A stretch of DNA of 63,530 nucleotides, counting the filler. It is 5 parts of 5 records of this genome, joined end to end, with 100 filler letters (N's around TTAATTAATTAA, not from the genome) between each part and the next. Parts side by side here need not be neighbours in the genome. Positions count along the whole stretch, not along the records: positions 46,834 to 58,075 come from SRR20825019_2477; 4 more parts are not named here. One strand, written 5' to 3'. The position numbers and the translations under genes were made by a program. How positions within the stretch are numbered: the stretch's first letter is position 1; every line of letters starts with the position of its first letter. The notes under the pieces are model-generated. The model was given only the letters and a program-made list of their open reading frames with translations, was not told the origin of the DNA and searched no databases. Of this stretch, positions 46,834 through 58,175 are shown one piece after another.

Positions 46834-47313
46834 GATGCAGAAGGTGCAGCGATGGTCGCAGCCCTGCTGGACCTGGACGATGGCCCGGGCGCGTCCTTCG
46901 AGACCGGCCACCAGATGGGGCGCGGTCTCCTTCACGCTCATGATGTCGTTCACGAGGATCTTGGCTTCACCCGGAGCGTTCCAGGTCTCGGCCTTGAGCT
47001 TTTCCTCATTGCCGACCACCCGGCTGACCTCGTCCATCGCGGCATAGGCATCCGGGTTGATCTGCGCGGCGCAGCCGGTGACCACGATCTCGGCCTCCGG
47101 ATTGGCGCGGCGGGCCTTGCGGATCGCCTGCCGGGCCTGACGCTCGGCTTCCTTGGTGACGGCACAGGTATTGATCACGACAACATCCTCTCGCCCGGCA
47201 CGGACGAGATGGTCGCGGATCACCTCGGATTCATACGCGTTTAGCCGGCAGCCGAAAGTCTCGACCGGCTTGGCCTTTTCGCGTCCATCCGAATTGTCGT
47301 CAGTCATGGTCAT
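46834..47313 (-). CDS. mtaB: tRNA t6A37 methylthiotransferase, 3'-truncated
   Basis: TFGCRLNAYESE, INTCAVT, VTGCAAQ, VQQGCDHRCTFC; directly downstream of dapF. Confidence 0.92.
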
Positions 47314-47397
47314 GGGCGGAGAAATGGCCGGAATCGGCGCGAAATGCAAGTGTGGCGGGCTCTTGGGAGCCATGCACGCACGGCATGGTCCGGCGCC

Positions 47398-48228
47398 TCA
47401 GGTCAACTGATCGAGGTCGAGCGTGCCGCGGAAGCTGGTGGCGACCGGCCCGGTCATCAGCACATGGCCATCCTCGCGCCACTCGATGGTGAGGGTACCG
47501 CCGTCCAGTTCCACATCCGCCTTGCGTCCGGTCAGGCCCTTGCGCGCGGCAGCTACCAACACCGCGCAGGCGCCTGATCCGCAGGCCTCGGTGATGCCCG
47601 CGCCGCGTTCCCAGACACGCATGCGGATCAGTTCCGGCCCGCGAATCTCGGCAAATTCGATATTGGCCCGGTCCGGGAAAATCGGGTGCAGCTCCAGTTT
47701 CGGGCCGACCTCGGTGAGCTTCACCGCATCCACGTCATCGACAAAGAAGACGGCATGCGGGTTGCCCATATTGACGCAGCAGGCGCCGGAATAGGGTGCG
47801 TCCGGGATGTCGACGGAGAGCGTGTCTGTTTCCACCGATAGCGGGATGGCAGCGGCATCAAGCCGCGCCGGACCCATATCGACGCGCACGCGGCCGCCCT
47901 CGACCCGCTCGCAGACCAGCGTGCCCGCAACCGTTTCGAGATCGATCCGGTTCTTGCCGAATTCGTCCATCACCAGACCCGCGACGCAGCGTGTGCCGTT
48001 GCCGCAGGCGCCGGCCTCGCTGCCATCCGGATTATGGATGCGCATGAAGGCGTCGCCGCCGTTCTTCGGTGCCTCGATGGTCAGGAACTGGTCATAGCCG
48101 ACACCGCGCCGACGGTCGCCGACGGCGCGATAATCCGCAACCGCGAGGGCCGGGCCGGGAAGGCGGCCGTCGAGCACGACGAAATCGTTGCCGAGGCCAT
48201 GCATCTTGAGGAATTCGATCTGTCTCAT
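47398..48228 (-). CDS. dapF: Diaminopimelate epimerase
   Basis: FLKMHGLGNDF, CGNGTRC, NMGNPH, RVWERGAG.T.ACGSGA. Confidence 0.97.
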   Translation of the reverse strand: MRQIEFLKMHGLGNDFVVLDGRLPGPALAVADYRAVGDRRRGVGYDQFLTIEAPKNGGDAFMRIHNPDGSEAGACGNGTRCVAGLVMDEFGKNRIDLETVAGTLVCERVEGGRVRVDMGPARLDAAAIPLSVETDTLSVDIPDAPYSGACCVNMGNPHAVFFVDDVDAVKLTEVGPKLELHPIFPDRANIEFAEIRGPELIRMRVWERGAGITEACGSGACAVLVAAARKGLTGRKADVELDGGTLTIEWREDGHVLMTGPVATSFRGTLDLDQLT

Positions 48229-48317
48229 GCGGGCATATATATCCTCTGTTTCCGGCAGTTCCAATATGCCGTTTCCCCCGCTACCGTGAGCGCGAAATTT
48301 ACGCTGGGGAGCGAAAC

Positions 48318-49388
48318 ATGATTACCGTCGCGCATGAGGCACTGGAAAACCTGGTCACGGAAATGATCGGACGGGCCGGGAGCAATCCGGAAGAAGCGCG
48401 GCAGGTGGCGCATAATCTGGTGGAAGCCAACCTGCTCGGCCATGACAGCCATGGCGTCGGGCTGACGGCGCAATATATGCGTCACGCCAAGGCCGGGACA
48501 TTGACGGTCAACGGCCATGTCAGTCTGGTGTCGGACAATGGCGCCTATCTGCTGCTCGACGGCAACATGGCGTACGGTCAGGTGACTGGCGGGGAAGCCA
48601 TGCAGCTCGGGCTCGACCGGGCGCGGACAGCGGGCGTCGCCATCGTCGGCCTGCGCAATTCACACCATCTGGGACGCATAGGGGCCTGGGGTGAGATCTG
48701 TGCCAGGGCCGGCTTTATCTCTATCCATTTCGTCAATGTGGTCGGCCATCGCCCGATCGTAGCCCCCTGGGGCGGGGCCGAGGCGCGCTATTCCACCAAC
48801 CCCTACTGCACGGCGGTTCCGGCGACGGACAAGAACCCGATGTTCGTGCTCGACATGGCGACCAGCCGGGTTGCCCTTGGCAAGGTCCGGGTTGCCTACA
48901 ATGCGGGCAAGGAAGTCGTCGAGGGGGCGCTGATCGATCATAAGGGACTGCCGACCCGCAACGCGGCGGTCATGTACGAGCAGCCGACCGGCGCGCTGCA
49001 GGCCTTCGGCGAGCACAAGGGCTACGGTCTTGCCCTGCTCGGTGAGATCCTCGGCGCCGCTTTGCTCGGCGGCCCTGTTACCGATCCAGCCCAACAGGGG
49101 CGCGAGACGATCTGCAATTCAATGCTGACAGTGATTGTTGATCCGAAGGGCTTCGGCCGGGATATTCCCTTCGCGGACGCCATCGATTCCATGCTCGCCT
49201 ATGTCACCAGTGCTCGTCCGGGCGAGGGTGTGGACAAGGTGCGGGTACCGGGCGAGCCGGAACGCGAGACCGGCGCAGACCGCCGGGCCAACGGCGTTCC
49301 GGTCGATCCGGGCACCTGGGCCCTGCTGGTCGAAGCCGGTGTCGAGGCAGGTATGGACCGGCATGATTTCGACGGGATCGCGAGGTAA
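48318..49388 (+). CDS. Ldh_2 family malate/lactate/ureidoglycolate dehydrogenase (YbiC/HcxB-like)
   Basis: GHDSHG, NSHHLGRIG, TNP, LDMATS, HKGYGL, PGEPE. Confidence 0.9.
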   Translation: MITVAHEALENLVTEMIGRAGSNPEEARQVAHNLVEANLLGHDSHGVGLTAQYMRHAKAGTLTVNGHVSLVSDNGAYLLLDGNMAYGQVTGGEAMQLGLDRARTAGVAIVGLRNSHHLGRIGAWGEICARAGFISIHFVNVVGHRPIVAPWGGAEARYSTNPYCTAVPATDKNPMFVLDMATSRVALGKVRVAYNAGKEVVEGALIDHKGLPTRNAAVMYEQPTGALQAFGEHKGYGLALLGEILGAALLGGPVTDPAQQGRETICNSMLTVIVDPKGFGRDIPFADAIDSMLAYVTSARPGEGVDKVRVPGEPERETGADRRANGVPVDPGTWALLVEAGVEAGMDRHDFDGIAR

Positions 49389-49421
49389 GCGAACGGATGA
49401 TGGTTTCTTGCCAAGGGAAGC

Positions 49422-50267
49422 GTGGCGAATGAGGCTGGTGGGCTGATGTCCGGAATTCCTGACGACGTCACGCGGGATTTCGGACATTGCGTGTCATTGG
49501 CCCGGAGCGGGAACTATGCCGAAGCGCTCCCGCTTCTCAACCACGCCGTTTCCCTCGGCATATTCCCACTCGCCGAAAAGATCCGCGACTTTGTACTGTT
49601 CCGGTTGAATGACAATTCCCTGGCGGCGGTGCGCCACCTGGATGAAACGGTCACTTTCCGTGTCAGGGACCGGAATCTCGGCATGGATATCTTCCATGCC
49701 GCGGGCCAGTTCTTCGAGCTCGACGAGCTGGAATATTGCCGCGCTCAGGTCAAGCCTGGTGGCGTCATCGTCGATATCGGAGCGAATGTTGGAAATCATT
49801 CCGTCTTTTTCGGCAAGTTCCTCAACCCCTCGCGCCTAGTCCCGATAGAGCCAAACCCCGAGGCTCTGCCGTTTCTGAAGGAGAATCTCGCGCTCAACGA
49901 AATCACCGCCGATGAGTGCGGCTATGGCGTCGCAATCGGCAGGACTTATGGACAGGCCGGAATTGAGAACATCAAGGGAGACCTCGTCGGCGGCCGCTTG
50001 ACTCGAGGGGCGAGCATACCCGTTGTTGCTCTCGATACGTTAATGGAGGGGGCGGTAGACTTTCTGAAGATCGATGTGGAGGGCATGGAATTCGAGGTCT
50101 TGCGGGGTGCGCAGCAGATTATAGACCGGTCCCGACCCTTGATTCTTATTGAGGTTCACGACAGGCAGGCCGCGGCATTGAAGGAAGCGTGCGGCGAGCT
50201 GAATTACCGGATCGAAAAGGAATTCGCTGGCTATAAGTACAAGAATTACTTCCTGAAGCCGATCTGA
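49422..50267 (+). CDS. FkbM-family SAM methyltransferase
   Basis: VDIGANVGNHS, IEPNP, DFLKIDVEGMEFEVLRGA; start uncertain. Confidence 0.88.
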   Translation: MANEAGGLMSGIPDDVTRDFGHCVSLARSGNYAEALPLLNHAVSLGIFPLAEKIRDFVLFRLNDNSLAAVRHLDETVTFRVRDRNLGMDIFHAAGQFFELDELEYCRAQVKPGGVIVDIGANVGNHSVFFGKFLNPSRLVPIEPNPEALPFLKENLALNEITADECGYGVAIGRTYGQAGIENIKGDLVGGRLTRGASIPVVALDTLMEGAVDFLKIDVEGMEFEVLRGAQQIIDRSRPLILIEVHDRQAAALKEACGELNYRIEKEFAGYKYKNYFLKPI

Positions 50268-50337
50268 CCGGAGCCTGGAGTGGCTAGCCGCCCGCGGATG
50301 GCTCCTAGTCCATCTGCAGGTGCAGTTGGCGAATGCC

Positions 50338-50748
50338 TCAGAGCTGGGCTCTGAGCCGCCGACCGAGCTCCAGCCGCTTCTGTTCTTCTTCGGCATCTGT
50401 GTTCCAGCGGATGATCACATCGTCATCTTTCCATCGCGGCTTGATGTGCAGATGAAAATGTAAGACGTCCTGTCCGGCTGCTGATCCGTTGGACTGAACC
50501 AGGTTGATGCCGTCGCACTTGCAGACCTCGCGCAGGGCGTTCGATATCGCTACAGCCTCGCGCATGACATGGCCGGCATTTTCCGGATCGAGTGAGAACA
50601 CGTCCGGGATATGCGCTTTGGGAACAACCAGCGGATGGCCTTCCAAAGACAGGAAGACGATGACGTTCTCATTCTGCTTGATGATGTGCGCGGCCGCTTT
50701 TCCAGAGATGATGTCGCAAAAAATGCAGTTTTCCCGGGTGTGCGTCAT
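50338..50748 (-). CDS. HIT-family nucleotide hydrolase
   Basis: CIFCDI, GHPLVVPKAH, NGSAAGQDVLHFHLHI histidine triad. Confidence 0.92.
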   Translation of the reverse strand: MTHTRENCIFCDIISGKAAAHIIKQNENVIVFLSLEGHPLVVPKAHIPDVFSLDPENAGHVMREAVAISNALREVCKCDGINLVQSNGSAAGQDVLHFHLHIKPRWKDDDVIIRWNTDAEEEQKRLELGRRLRAQL

Positions 50749-50753
50749 GGCGT

Positions 50754-51971
50754 TTAGCCGCCTCCGAACGGTTTCCCGGCCACCTCGAACGGCTCCTGAC
50801 TCATTTGCAGATGCAGCTCGCTTCCCTCATAGGGATGCGCCAGAGCCACCTCCTCGTTTAGTTCGACCCCGAGGCCCGGCGCTTTCGGCGGGATGACATA
50901 GCCTTCTTCCCAGCCCATTGGCGTCTTCAGGATGTCGGCGTGGAAGCCGTCCCATTTGCGGATGCTTTCCAGCACCAGGAAGTTCGGTGTGCAGGTGGCG
51001 AGCTGGACATTGGCGGCGCCGACCACCGGGCCGCAATAGAGGTGCGGGGCGATCTGGGCGTAGAAGGCCTCGGCCATGCCGGCGATCTTCTTGCCTTCGA
51101 GGATGCCGCCGACGCGACCCAGATTCATCTGGATGATGGAGGCGGCGCCGGTCTCCAGCACGCGCTTGAACTCCCATTTGGTGGTCAGCCGCTCGCCGGT
51201 GGCAATCGGGATCGAGGTCGCCTCGGCCACTTTTGCCATCTCTTCGGGCATGTCCGGCGGGGTGGGCTCCTCGAACCAGAGCGGGTCATACGGCTCCAGC
51301 CGCCGGGCGAGACGCTTGGCGCCGGAGGCGGTGAACTGGCCGTGGGTGCCGAACAACAGATCGGCCTTGTCGCCGACGGCCTCCCGGATCAGCCGGCAGA
51401 ATTTTTCCGAGCGGTCGAGGATCTCCATGTCCGGCTGATGCCCGCCGAACGCGGTATAGGGCCCGGCCGGGTCGAATTTCAACGCGGTGAAGCCTTCGGC
51501 GACACAAGCCACTGCGGCCTCGGCGCTTTTCTCTGGACTGTTATAGAAGGTGGCCGGATCGTCTTCGGGGCGCGGATAGAGATAGGTGTAGGTCCGTAGT
51601 CGCTCGTTCACCTGTCCGCCGAGCAATTCGTAGACCGGCTTGTTCGCGGCCTTGCCGACGATGTCCCAGCAGGCCATTTCCAGTGCGCTGACCACACCCA
51701 TCATCGACGGGTCCGGGCGCTGGCTGAAGCCGGAGCCGTGGGCCCGGCGCCAAAACCGCTCGATATGGTGCGGGTCCCGGCCTTCGAGATAGCGGGCGAA
51801 CACATCCTCGACCATGGCGACGATGGTCTTCGGCCCGAAACTGGCGGCATAGACCTCGCCGACGCCTTCGATGCCGCAGGCCGTCCGCAGCTTCAGGAAC
51901 AGGAAATAGCGGCCGCCGAAGCCAGGCGGGGGATTGCCGACGATGAAGGTCTTCAGGCTTTCCAGTTTCAT
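50754..51971 (-). CDS. Mandelate racemase/muconate-lactonizing enolase-superfamily enzyme (acid-sugar dehydratase-like)
   Basis: EMACWDIVGK..PVYELLGG, KFD, WFEEP, ATGERL, APH, PGLG; start MKLESLK (the 52691 extension is spurious). Confidence 0.9.
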   Translation of the reverse strand: MKLESLKTFIVGNPPPGFGGRYFLFLKLRTACGIEGVGEVYAASFGPKTIVAMVEDVFARYLEGRDPHHIERFWRRAHGSGFSQRPDPSMMGVVSALEMACWDIVGKAANKPVYELLGGQVNERLRTYTYLYPRPEDDPATFYNSPEKSAEAAVACVAEGFTALKFDPAGPYTAFGGHQPDMEILDRSEKFCRLIREAVGDKADLLFGTHGQFTASGAKRLARRLEPYDPLWFEEPTPPDMPEEMAKVAEATSIPIATGERLTTKWEFKRVLETGAASIIQMNLGRVGGILEGKKIAGMAEAFYAQIAPHLYCGPVVGAANVQLATCTPNFLVLESIRKWDGFHADILKTPMGWEEGYVIPPKAPGLGVELNEEVALAHPYEGSELHLQMSQEPFEVAGKPFGGG

Positions 51972-52135
51972 ATGGGCGAACTCCGTCACGCTTCTTTCGT
52001 CAATCCGGCTCATCCGGCGGCAGGGCCACGCTAAGAGTCCGGGCCGCGTGAGGCTAATGAAAAAACGACAGAATGACGGCTCTTGTGTCCGGATCGGGCG
52101 AGCCTCGTCTCTGACCGTAAGGAACGCGGGAATAC

Positions 52136-52164
52136 TTGACTCGGCAGGCGGGCGCTCATATGTT
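52136..52164 (+). promoter_or_regulatory. Putative sigma70 promoter of the ffh operon
   Basis: TTGACT-N17-TATGTT upstream of the structured leader. Confidence 0.55.
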
Positions 52165-52186
52165 CCGGCGCTCTCGGCAAAAATCA

Positions 52187-52243
52187 GTGCGCTGAGACCT
52201 TCACGGGTTCCGTCCGTCCTCGAGTGTTCGAGCACGGGCGCGC
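52187..52243 (+). ncRNA. Structured leader upstream of ffh, candidate alphaproteobacterial ffh RNA motif
   Basis: gtgcgc/gcgcgc closing stem, inner acc/ggt and ccgt..ctcga-gtgt-tcgag..acgg hairpins, then a U-rich tract; matching position. Confidence 0.5.
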
Positions 52244-52302
52244 TTTTGTTTTGCGTCTCGCTCATCTGATGCAACCGGGAAAGAATTGGAGCTAACGGAC
52301 AC

Positions 52303-53766
52303 ATGTTCGACAGTTTGCAAAACCGGCTCGGCGACGTCTTCGATCGCCTCAAGAAACGCGGCGCGCTCAAGGAAGCGGACGTGACCGCGGCGCTGCGCGA
52401 AGTGCGCGTGGCCCTGCTTGAGGCCGATGTCGCGCTGCCGGTGGTCAAGGAATTCGTCGACAAGGTGCGCGAGCGCGCCATCGGCCAGGAAGTCATCAAG
52501 TCGGTGTCTCCGGGCCAGCAGGTCATCAAGATCGTCCACGACAATCTCGTGGAGATGCTCGGCACCGATGCCAGCGGCATCAATCTGAACGCCGTTCCGC
52601 CGGTGCCGATCCTGATGGTCGGCCTGCAGGGCGGCGGTAAAACCACCAGCACAGCCAAACTGGCCCGGCGCCTGAAGGAACGGGACCGCAAGAAGGTCCT
52701 GATGGCCTCGCTCGATATCTACCGCCCGGCGGCCCGCGAACAGCTTCGCGTGCTGGGTGAGCAGATCGATGTGGCGACGCTGCCGATCTCCGAGAACGAA
52801 ACACCTGTTTCGATTGCGAAACGGGCGATGACTGCCGGCAAGCTGCAAGGCTTCGATGTGGTCATGCTGGATACCGCCGGCCGGCTCTCCATCGATGAGT
52901 CGATGATGGACGAGGTGATCCAGGTCCGCGATGCGGTGAAGCCGGTCGAGACCCTTCTCGTCGCCGATGCCATGACCGGTCAGGATGCCGTCACCACGGC
53001 GCGGAACTTCAATGAGCGGGTCGGTCTGACCGGTATCGTGCTCACCCGGATGGATGGCGATGCGCGCGGTGGGGCGGCTCTCTCCATGCGGGCCGTCACC
53101 GGCGTGCCGATCAAGGCTGTCGGTGTTGGCGAGCGCGCGGATGCGCTGGAAGATTTCCATCCGGAACGTGTCGCCGGCCGGATTCTCGGCATGGGCGACG
53201 TGGTCAGCCTGGTCGAGAAGGCTGCCGAGACCATCGAGGTCGAGGAAGCCGAACGCATCGCCAAGAAGATGCAGAAGGGCGCCTTCGATCTTGAAGACAT
53301 GCTGTCGCAGCTTCGTCAGGTGAAGAAGATGGGCGGCCTCGGTGGCGTCATGTCCATGCTTCCGGGCATGGGCAAGCTGCAGAAACAGATGGCCGGCGCC
53401 AATATGGACGACAGCGTCATCAAGAAACAGGAAGCGATCATCCTCTCCATGACCAAGGTGGAGCGGAAGAACGTGAAACTGATGAATGCCTCGCGCCGCC
53501 GCCGTATCGCGGCTGGTTCCGGGACCAGCGTTCAGGAAGTGAATAAGCTCCTGAAGCAGCACCAGGACATGACGCGGGTGATGAAACAGATGGGCAAGAA
53601 GGGCGGCATGAAGGGCCTCGGGGCACTTCTCGGCGGCGGGGGCGGCATGCCAGGCATGCCATCGCCCGGCCAGATGCCCGGTCAAATACCGCCAGGTCTT
53701 GGCGGTCAGGGAATGCCGAAGCTTCCGGGAGGCATGCTGCCGCCCGGTTTCCCCGGCAAAAAGTAA
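52303..53766 (+). CDS. ffh: Signal recognition particle protein
   Basis: ALLEADV, GLQGGGKTT, DTAGR, DGDARGG, RILGMGD, Met-rich M domain, SRRRRIAAGSG. Confidence 0.98.
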   Translation: MFDSLQNRLGDVFDRLKKRGALKEADVTAALREVRVALLEADVALPVVKEFVDKVRERAIGQEVIKSVSPGQQVIKIVHDNLVEMLGTDASGINLNAVPPVPILMVGLQGGGKTTSTAKLARRLKERDRKKVLMASLDIYRPAAREQLRVLGEQIDVATLPISENETPVSIAKRAMTAGKLQGFDVVMLDTAGRLSIDESMMDEVIQVRDAVKPVETLLVADAMTGQDAVTTARNFNERVGLTGIVLTRMDGDARGGAALSMRAVTGVPIKAVGVGERADALEDFHPERVAGRILGMGDVVSLVEKAAETIEVEEAERIAKKMQKGAFDLEDMLSQLRQVKKMGGLGGVMSMLPGMGKLQKQMAGANMDDSVIKKQEAIILSMTKVERKNVKLMNASRRRRIAAGSGTSVQEVNKLLKQHQDMTRVMKQMGKKGGMKGLGALLGGGGGMPGMPSPGQMPGQIPPGLGGQGMPKLPGGMLPPGFPGKK

Positions 53767-53812
53767 TCGAACACACGTGAAAAGCTAAGAGCGTTACTGA
53801 AAGGAATAATCA

Positions 53813-54262
53813 ATGTCACTTCGCATTCGTCTGTCGCGCGGCGGCGCCAAGAAGCGCCCGTTCTACCGCATCGTTGTCGCCGAGGGCACGTCCCCGCGCG
53901 ATGGCCTCTTCATCGAGCGTCTGGGCACGTACAACCCGATGCTGCCGAAGGGTCACGAAGCACGTCTGGTGGTCAAGGAAGACCGCATCAAGCATTGGAT
54001 GTCCGTTGGCGCCAAGCCGACCGACCGTGTCCACAAGATGCTGGCCAGCATCGAGCTGCTTGAGAAATTCGAATATCGCGATCAGCCGAAGAAATCCGCT
54101 CCGGGCCGCAAGCGCCAGGAACGTGAGGAAGAAGAAGCCCAGAAGGCTGCTGACGCTGCCGAAGCTGCTGCCGCCGAGGCCGCCGCTGCTGCTGAAGCCG
54201 CTGCTGCCGCAGCCGAGGCTCCGGCCGAGGAAGCTCCGGCTGAGGAAAAGTCCGAGGGTTAA
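53813..54262 (+). CDS. rpsP: 30S ribosomal protein S16 with Ala/Glu-rich tail
   Basis: [29 protein letters not shown]. Confidence 0.97.
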   Translation: MSLRIRLSRGGAKKRPFYRIVVAEGTSPRDGLFIERLGTYNPMLPKGHEARLVVKEDRIKHWMSVGAKPTDRVHKMLASIELLEKFEYRDQPKKSAPGRKRQEREEEEAQKAADAAEAAAAEAAAAAEAAAAAAEAPAEEAPAEEKSEG

Positions 54263-54268
54263 GACCTT

Positions 54269-54811
54269 ATGGCCGAGCCGGTCACACTCGGCGTCATCGT
54301 CGGCGTACATGGGGTGCGAGGTCTGGTCCGGGTGAAGAGTTTCACCGAGGATCCGGACAATATCACTGCCTATGGCCCGCTGAAGGACGCCGCCGGGAAG
54401 AGCTACGAGCTTGAGGTGACCGGCCGGGCAAAGGGCGTGCTGCTGGTGCGCATTGCCGGTATCCGAGACCGGAATGAAGCCGAGGCCCTGAAGGGCACCG
54501 AGCTTCAGATCGACCGGGATCGGCTGCCGGAAGCGGACGAGGACGAGTTCTATCACGCGGACCTGATCGGCCTTCGGGCGGACTTGGTCGCGGGGGAATG
54601 TCTCGGGCAGGTGGTCGCGGTGCAGAATTTCGGCGCCGGTGACCTTCTGGAAATCCGGCTCGACGGTAGCCGCAAAACGGTACTGGTGCCGTTCAACGGT
54701 GAGGTGGTGCCGGAAATCGATCTCGATGCAGGCCGATTGGTGGTCGATCCGCCGGCAGGCCTGCTTGAGGATGACGAGCCCGGTGCCGAAGGCTCTGGTG
54801 ATGAGCGCTGA
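54269..54811 (+). CDS. rimM: Ribosome maturation factor RimM
   Basis: [36 protein letters not shown]; operon position. Confidence 0.96.
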   Translation: MAEPVTLGVIVGVHGVRGLVRVKSFTEDPDNITAYGPLKDAAGKSYELEVTGRAKGVLLVRIAGIRDRNEAEALKGTELQIDRDRLPEADEDEFYHADLIGLRADLVAGECLGQVVAVQNFGAGDLLEIRLDGSRKTVLVPFNGEVVPEIDLDAGRLVVDPPAGLLEDDEPGAEGSGDER

Positions 54812-55514
54812 GGACGGCGTGCCCTGGCAGGCGACCGTGCTCAGTCTGTTCCCGGAAATGTTCCCGGGGCCGCTGGGCCACTCGATTGCCGACAAGGCCC
54901 GGAAGTCCGGGCTTTGGAGCCTGAAATCTCTGGACATCAGGGATTTTGCACGCGATAAGCACCGCTCCGTAGACGAAACCCCTTTCGGGGGCGGCTCCGG
55001 AATGGTGATGCGGCCCAATGTGGTCGACGCGGCTCTGGCCTCTGTCGACGACATGCCGGGGCGGCGGATTTATCTCAGCCCGCGCGGTGCCCGGTTCGAC
55101 CAGGTGATGGCGCGGGAGCTTGCGGCAGAACCCGGTGTGGTACTGCTTTGCGGGCGTTACGAAGGCCTTGACCAGCGGGTGATCGATGCCCGTGGCCTGG
55201 AAGAGGTCAGTCTTGGGGATTTCGTGCTTTCGGGCGGCGAGATCCCGGCCCTGGCGCTGCTGGATGCCTGCATCCGCCTGCTGCCGGGCGTACTCGGAGC
55301 GGCGGAAACGCTGGACGAGGAAAGTTTTGAAGAGGGGCTGCTTGAGTATCCCCACTATACGCATCCTCGGGAATGGAACGGTGTGTCCGTCCCCGAGATC
55401 CTGCTTTCCGGCCACCACGCCAAGATCCGATCCTGGCGGCGGGAACAGTCGGAAGAGATCACGCGGCAGCGCCGGCCCGATCTTTGGGCCCGTTATCGCG
55501 GATCGGAAGAGTGA
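54801..55514 (+). CDS. trmD: tRNA (guanine-N1)-methyltransferase
   Basis: [44 protein letters not shown]. Confidence 0.97.
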   Translation: MSAEDGVPWQATVLSLFPEMFPGPLGHSIADKARKSGLWSLKSLDIRDFARDKHRSVDETPFGGGSGMVMRPNVVDAALASVDDMPGRRIYLSPRGARFDQVMARELAAEPGVVLLCGRYEGLDQRVIDARGLEEVSLGDFVLSGGEIPALALLDACIRLLPGVLGAAETLDEESFEEGLLEYPHYTHPREWNGVSVPEILLSGHHAKIRSWRREQSEEITRQRRPDLWARYRGSEE

Positions 55515-55683
55515 GCGGCATGGACGGTCTGGCTGTCCGGATCTCGCTCGAACGGTAGCGGCACGCCGCTCCTCTGCGGTCCGGTAACCGGGCACGCAAG
55601 AGCCGTGTGTTTTATAGAAGAAGCCGGTATTCACCGGTCCCTGGATGGACCGGTCGCCACTGGCGCGTATTGGAGAATGAAGA

Positions 55684-56064
55684 ATGAATATCGTTCAACA
55701 GATCGAAAAAGAGCAGGTTGAAAAGCTCTCTTCCGAACGTCCGGTTCCGGAATTCGGCCCCGGTGACACCGTGCGTGTCAACGTGCGTGTCGTCGAAGGC
55801 ACCCGCGAGCGTGTCCAGGCCTATGAAGGCGTCTGCATCGCGCGCAAGAATGACGGCCTGAACTCCGCTTTCACCGTCCGCAAGATCTCCTATGGCGAAG
55901 GCGTCGAGCGCGTGTTTCCGCTCTACTCCCCGCGTCTGGACAGCATTGAGGTGGTTCGCCGCGGTAAAGTGCGCCGCGCGAAGCTCTACTATCTGCGCGG
56001 CCGTCGCGGTAAATCGGCGCGTATCGCCGAGAAGAACACCTGGACCAAGAACAAGTCTGCTTAA
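55684..56064 (+). CDS. rplS: 50S ribosomal protein L19
   Basis: [38 protein letters not shown]. Confidence 0.98.
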   Translation: MNIVQQIEKEQVEKLSSERPVPEFGPGDTVRVNVRVVEGTRERVQAYEGVCIARKNDGLNSAFTVRKISYGEGVERVFPLYSPRLDSIEVVRRGKVRRAKLYYLRGRRGKSARIAEKNTWTKNKSA

Positions 56065-56089
56065 GCATTGGTCTCATATTGAATTCCGG

Positions 56090-56121
56090 ACGGGAGCGCC
56101 TTGGCGCTCCCGTTTGCGTTT
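56090..56121 (+). terminator. Rho-independent terminator after rplS
   Basis: acgggagcgcc-tt-ggcgctcccgt inverted repeat followed by ttgcgttt. Confidence 0.78.
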
Positions 56122-56126
56122 GAGGG

Positions 56127-56885
56127 TCAGCTGAACAGCGTCCCGCATCCAATCACGGCCAGCAGCAGATAGGCGATGCGGCGGAAAGTCTGTTCGCTCG
56201 CCTTGTAGAACAACCTTCCGCCAAGCCAGATGCCGCCCACATAGAAGGGGGCGAGCACGGCGCCGAGCAGCATGCGCTCGGGTGTGAGCACACCGAACCA
56301 GAAATAGCTGGCAACCACGAAGACGAAGCCTATCTGGAAAAACGCGGTGATGTTGGCCCGCACCGCCGCCGGGGCATAGGGGCCGGAGAGCAGATAGAAG
56401 ATGATCGGTGGCCCGCCCAGCCCGGTCGATCCGTTCAGGAAGCCGGCGACGGCGCCAACCGCGACATCAATGCCGAGCCGGCGGGAAATCGTGTGCCGGT
56501 ATCCGCTCGCCAGCAGCACAACCAGAAGCAGGACGATGCCGGAAATCAGCCGCCGCAGCAGGTCCTGATCGATGCTCACCAGAATCCAGGTGCCGAGCGG
56601 CAGGGCGATGATACCGCCGAGCGCCATGGGGGCCGCCTGTTTCCAGTCCGCCTCCCGGCGCGACATGCGCAGAAGCTGGATCTGTGCCGGCATCTCCATC
56701 GTCGTCAGGCAGGCAAGGGCGGTTTGCGGCCCGAACAGCAGGCTCAGCAAGGGGATCGAGATCATGGCCGCGCCAAACCCGGAAAAGCCGCGAACCAGAC
56801 CGGCCAGACCAACCGCAACGGCGCCGAAACCGAGCTGCCAGAGGCTGGCCGCTTCCAATATGGAAGTAATCGAGTTCAGATCCAT
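56127..56885 (-). CDS. Sulfite exporter TauE/SafE-family membrane protein
   Basis: AGLVRGFSGFG, GLGGPP repeat, multiple TM helices. Confidence 0.88.
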   Translation of the reverse strand: MDLNSITSILEAASLWQLGFGAVAVGLAGLVRGFSGFGAAMISIPLLSLLFGPQTALACLTTMEMPAQIQLLRMSRREADWKQAAPMALGGIIALPLGTWILVSIDQDLLRRLISGIVLLLVVLLASGYRHTISRRLGIDVAVGAVAGFLNGSTGLGGPPIIFYLLSGPYAPAAVRANITAFFQIGFVFVVASYFWFGVLTPERMLLGAVLAPFYVGGIWLGGRLFYKASEQTFRRIAYLLLAVIGCGTLFS

Positions 56886-57085
56886 TCGGGATTGGCCTTT
56901 ATCGGTTTGATTATTTCTAAAAAGCCCGGATTTACCGCAAGATTCAGCTTTTGTCGCCGGGGGCGACTCGGTATGCTCCGGTCCCCGTCGTGAGTGACGA
57001 GAGATATGGTGCCGCAGTACCCGGAGGGCGTTTGCCCTCAAATAAACCGGGGCCGCGCAGAGAGACGAGAGGAAGCATAGCAGCG

Positions 57086-58075
<990 letters not shown>

Positions 58076-58175
58076 NNNNNNNNNNNNNNNNNNNNNNNNN
58101 NNNNNNNNNNNNNNNNNNNTTAATTAATTAANNNNNNNNNNNNNNNNNNNNNNNNNNNNNNNNNNNNNNNNNNNN
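58076..58175. other. Artificial contig spacer
   Basis: N44-TTAATTAATTAA-N44. Confidence 0.98.

Noticed and set aside
18055-50267. FkbH and FkbM in one window suggesting a methoxymalonyl or polyketide system
   Set aside because: They lie on different contigs from different domains of life
54120-54262. Repetitive GCC/GAG-rich tract at the end of rpsP
   Set aside because: Ala/Glu-rich S16 C-terminal extensions are common in Alphaproteobacteria
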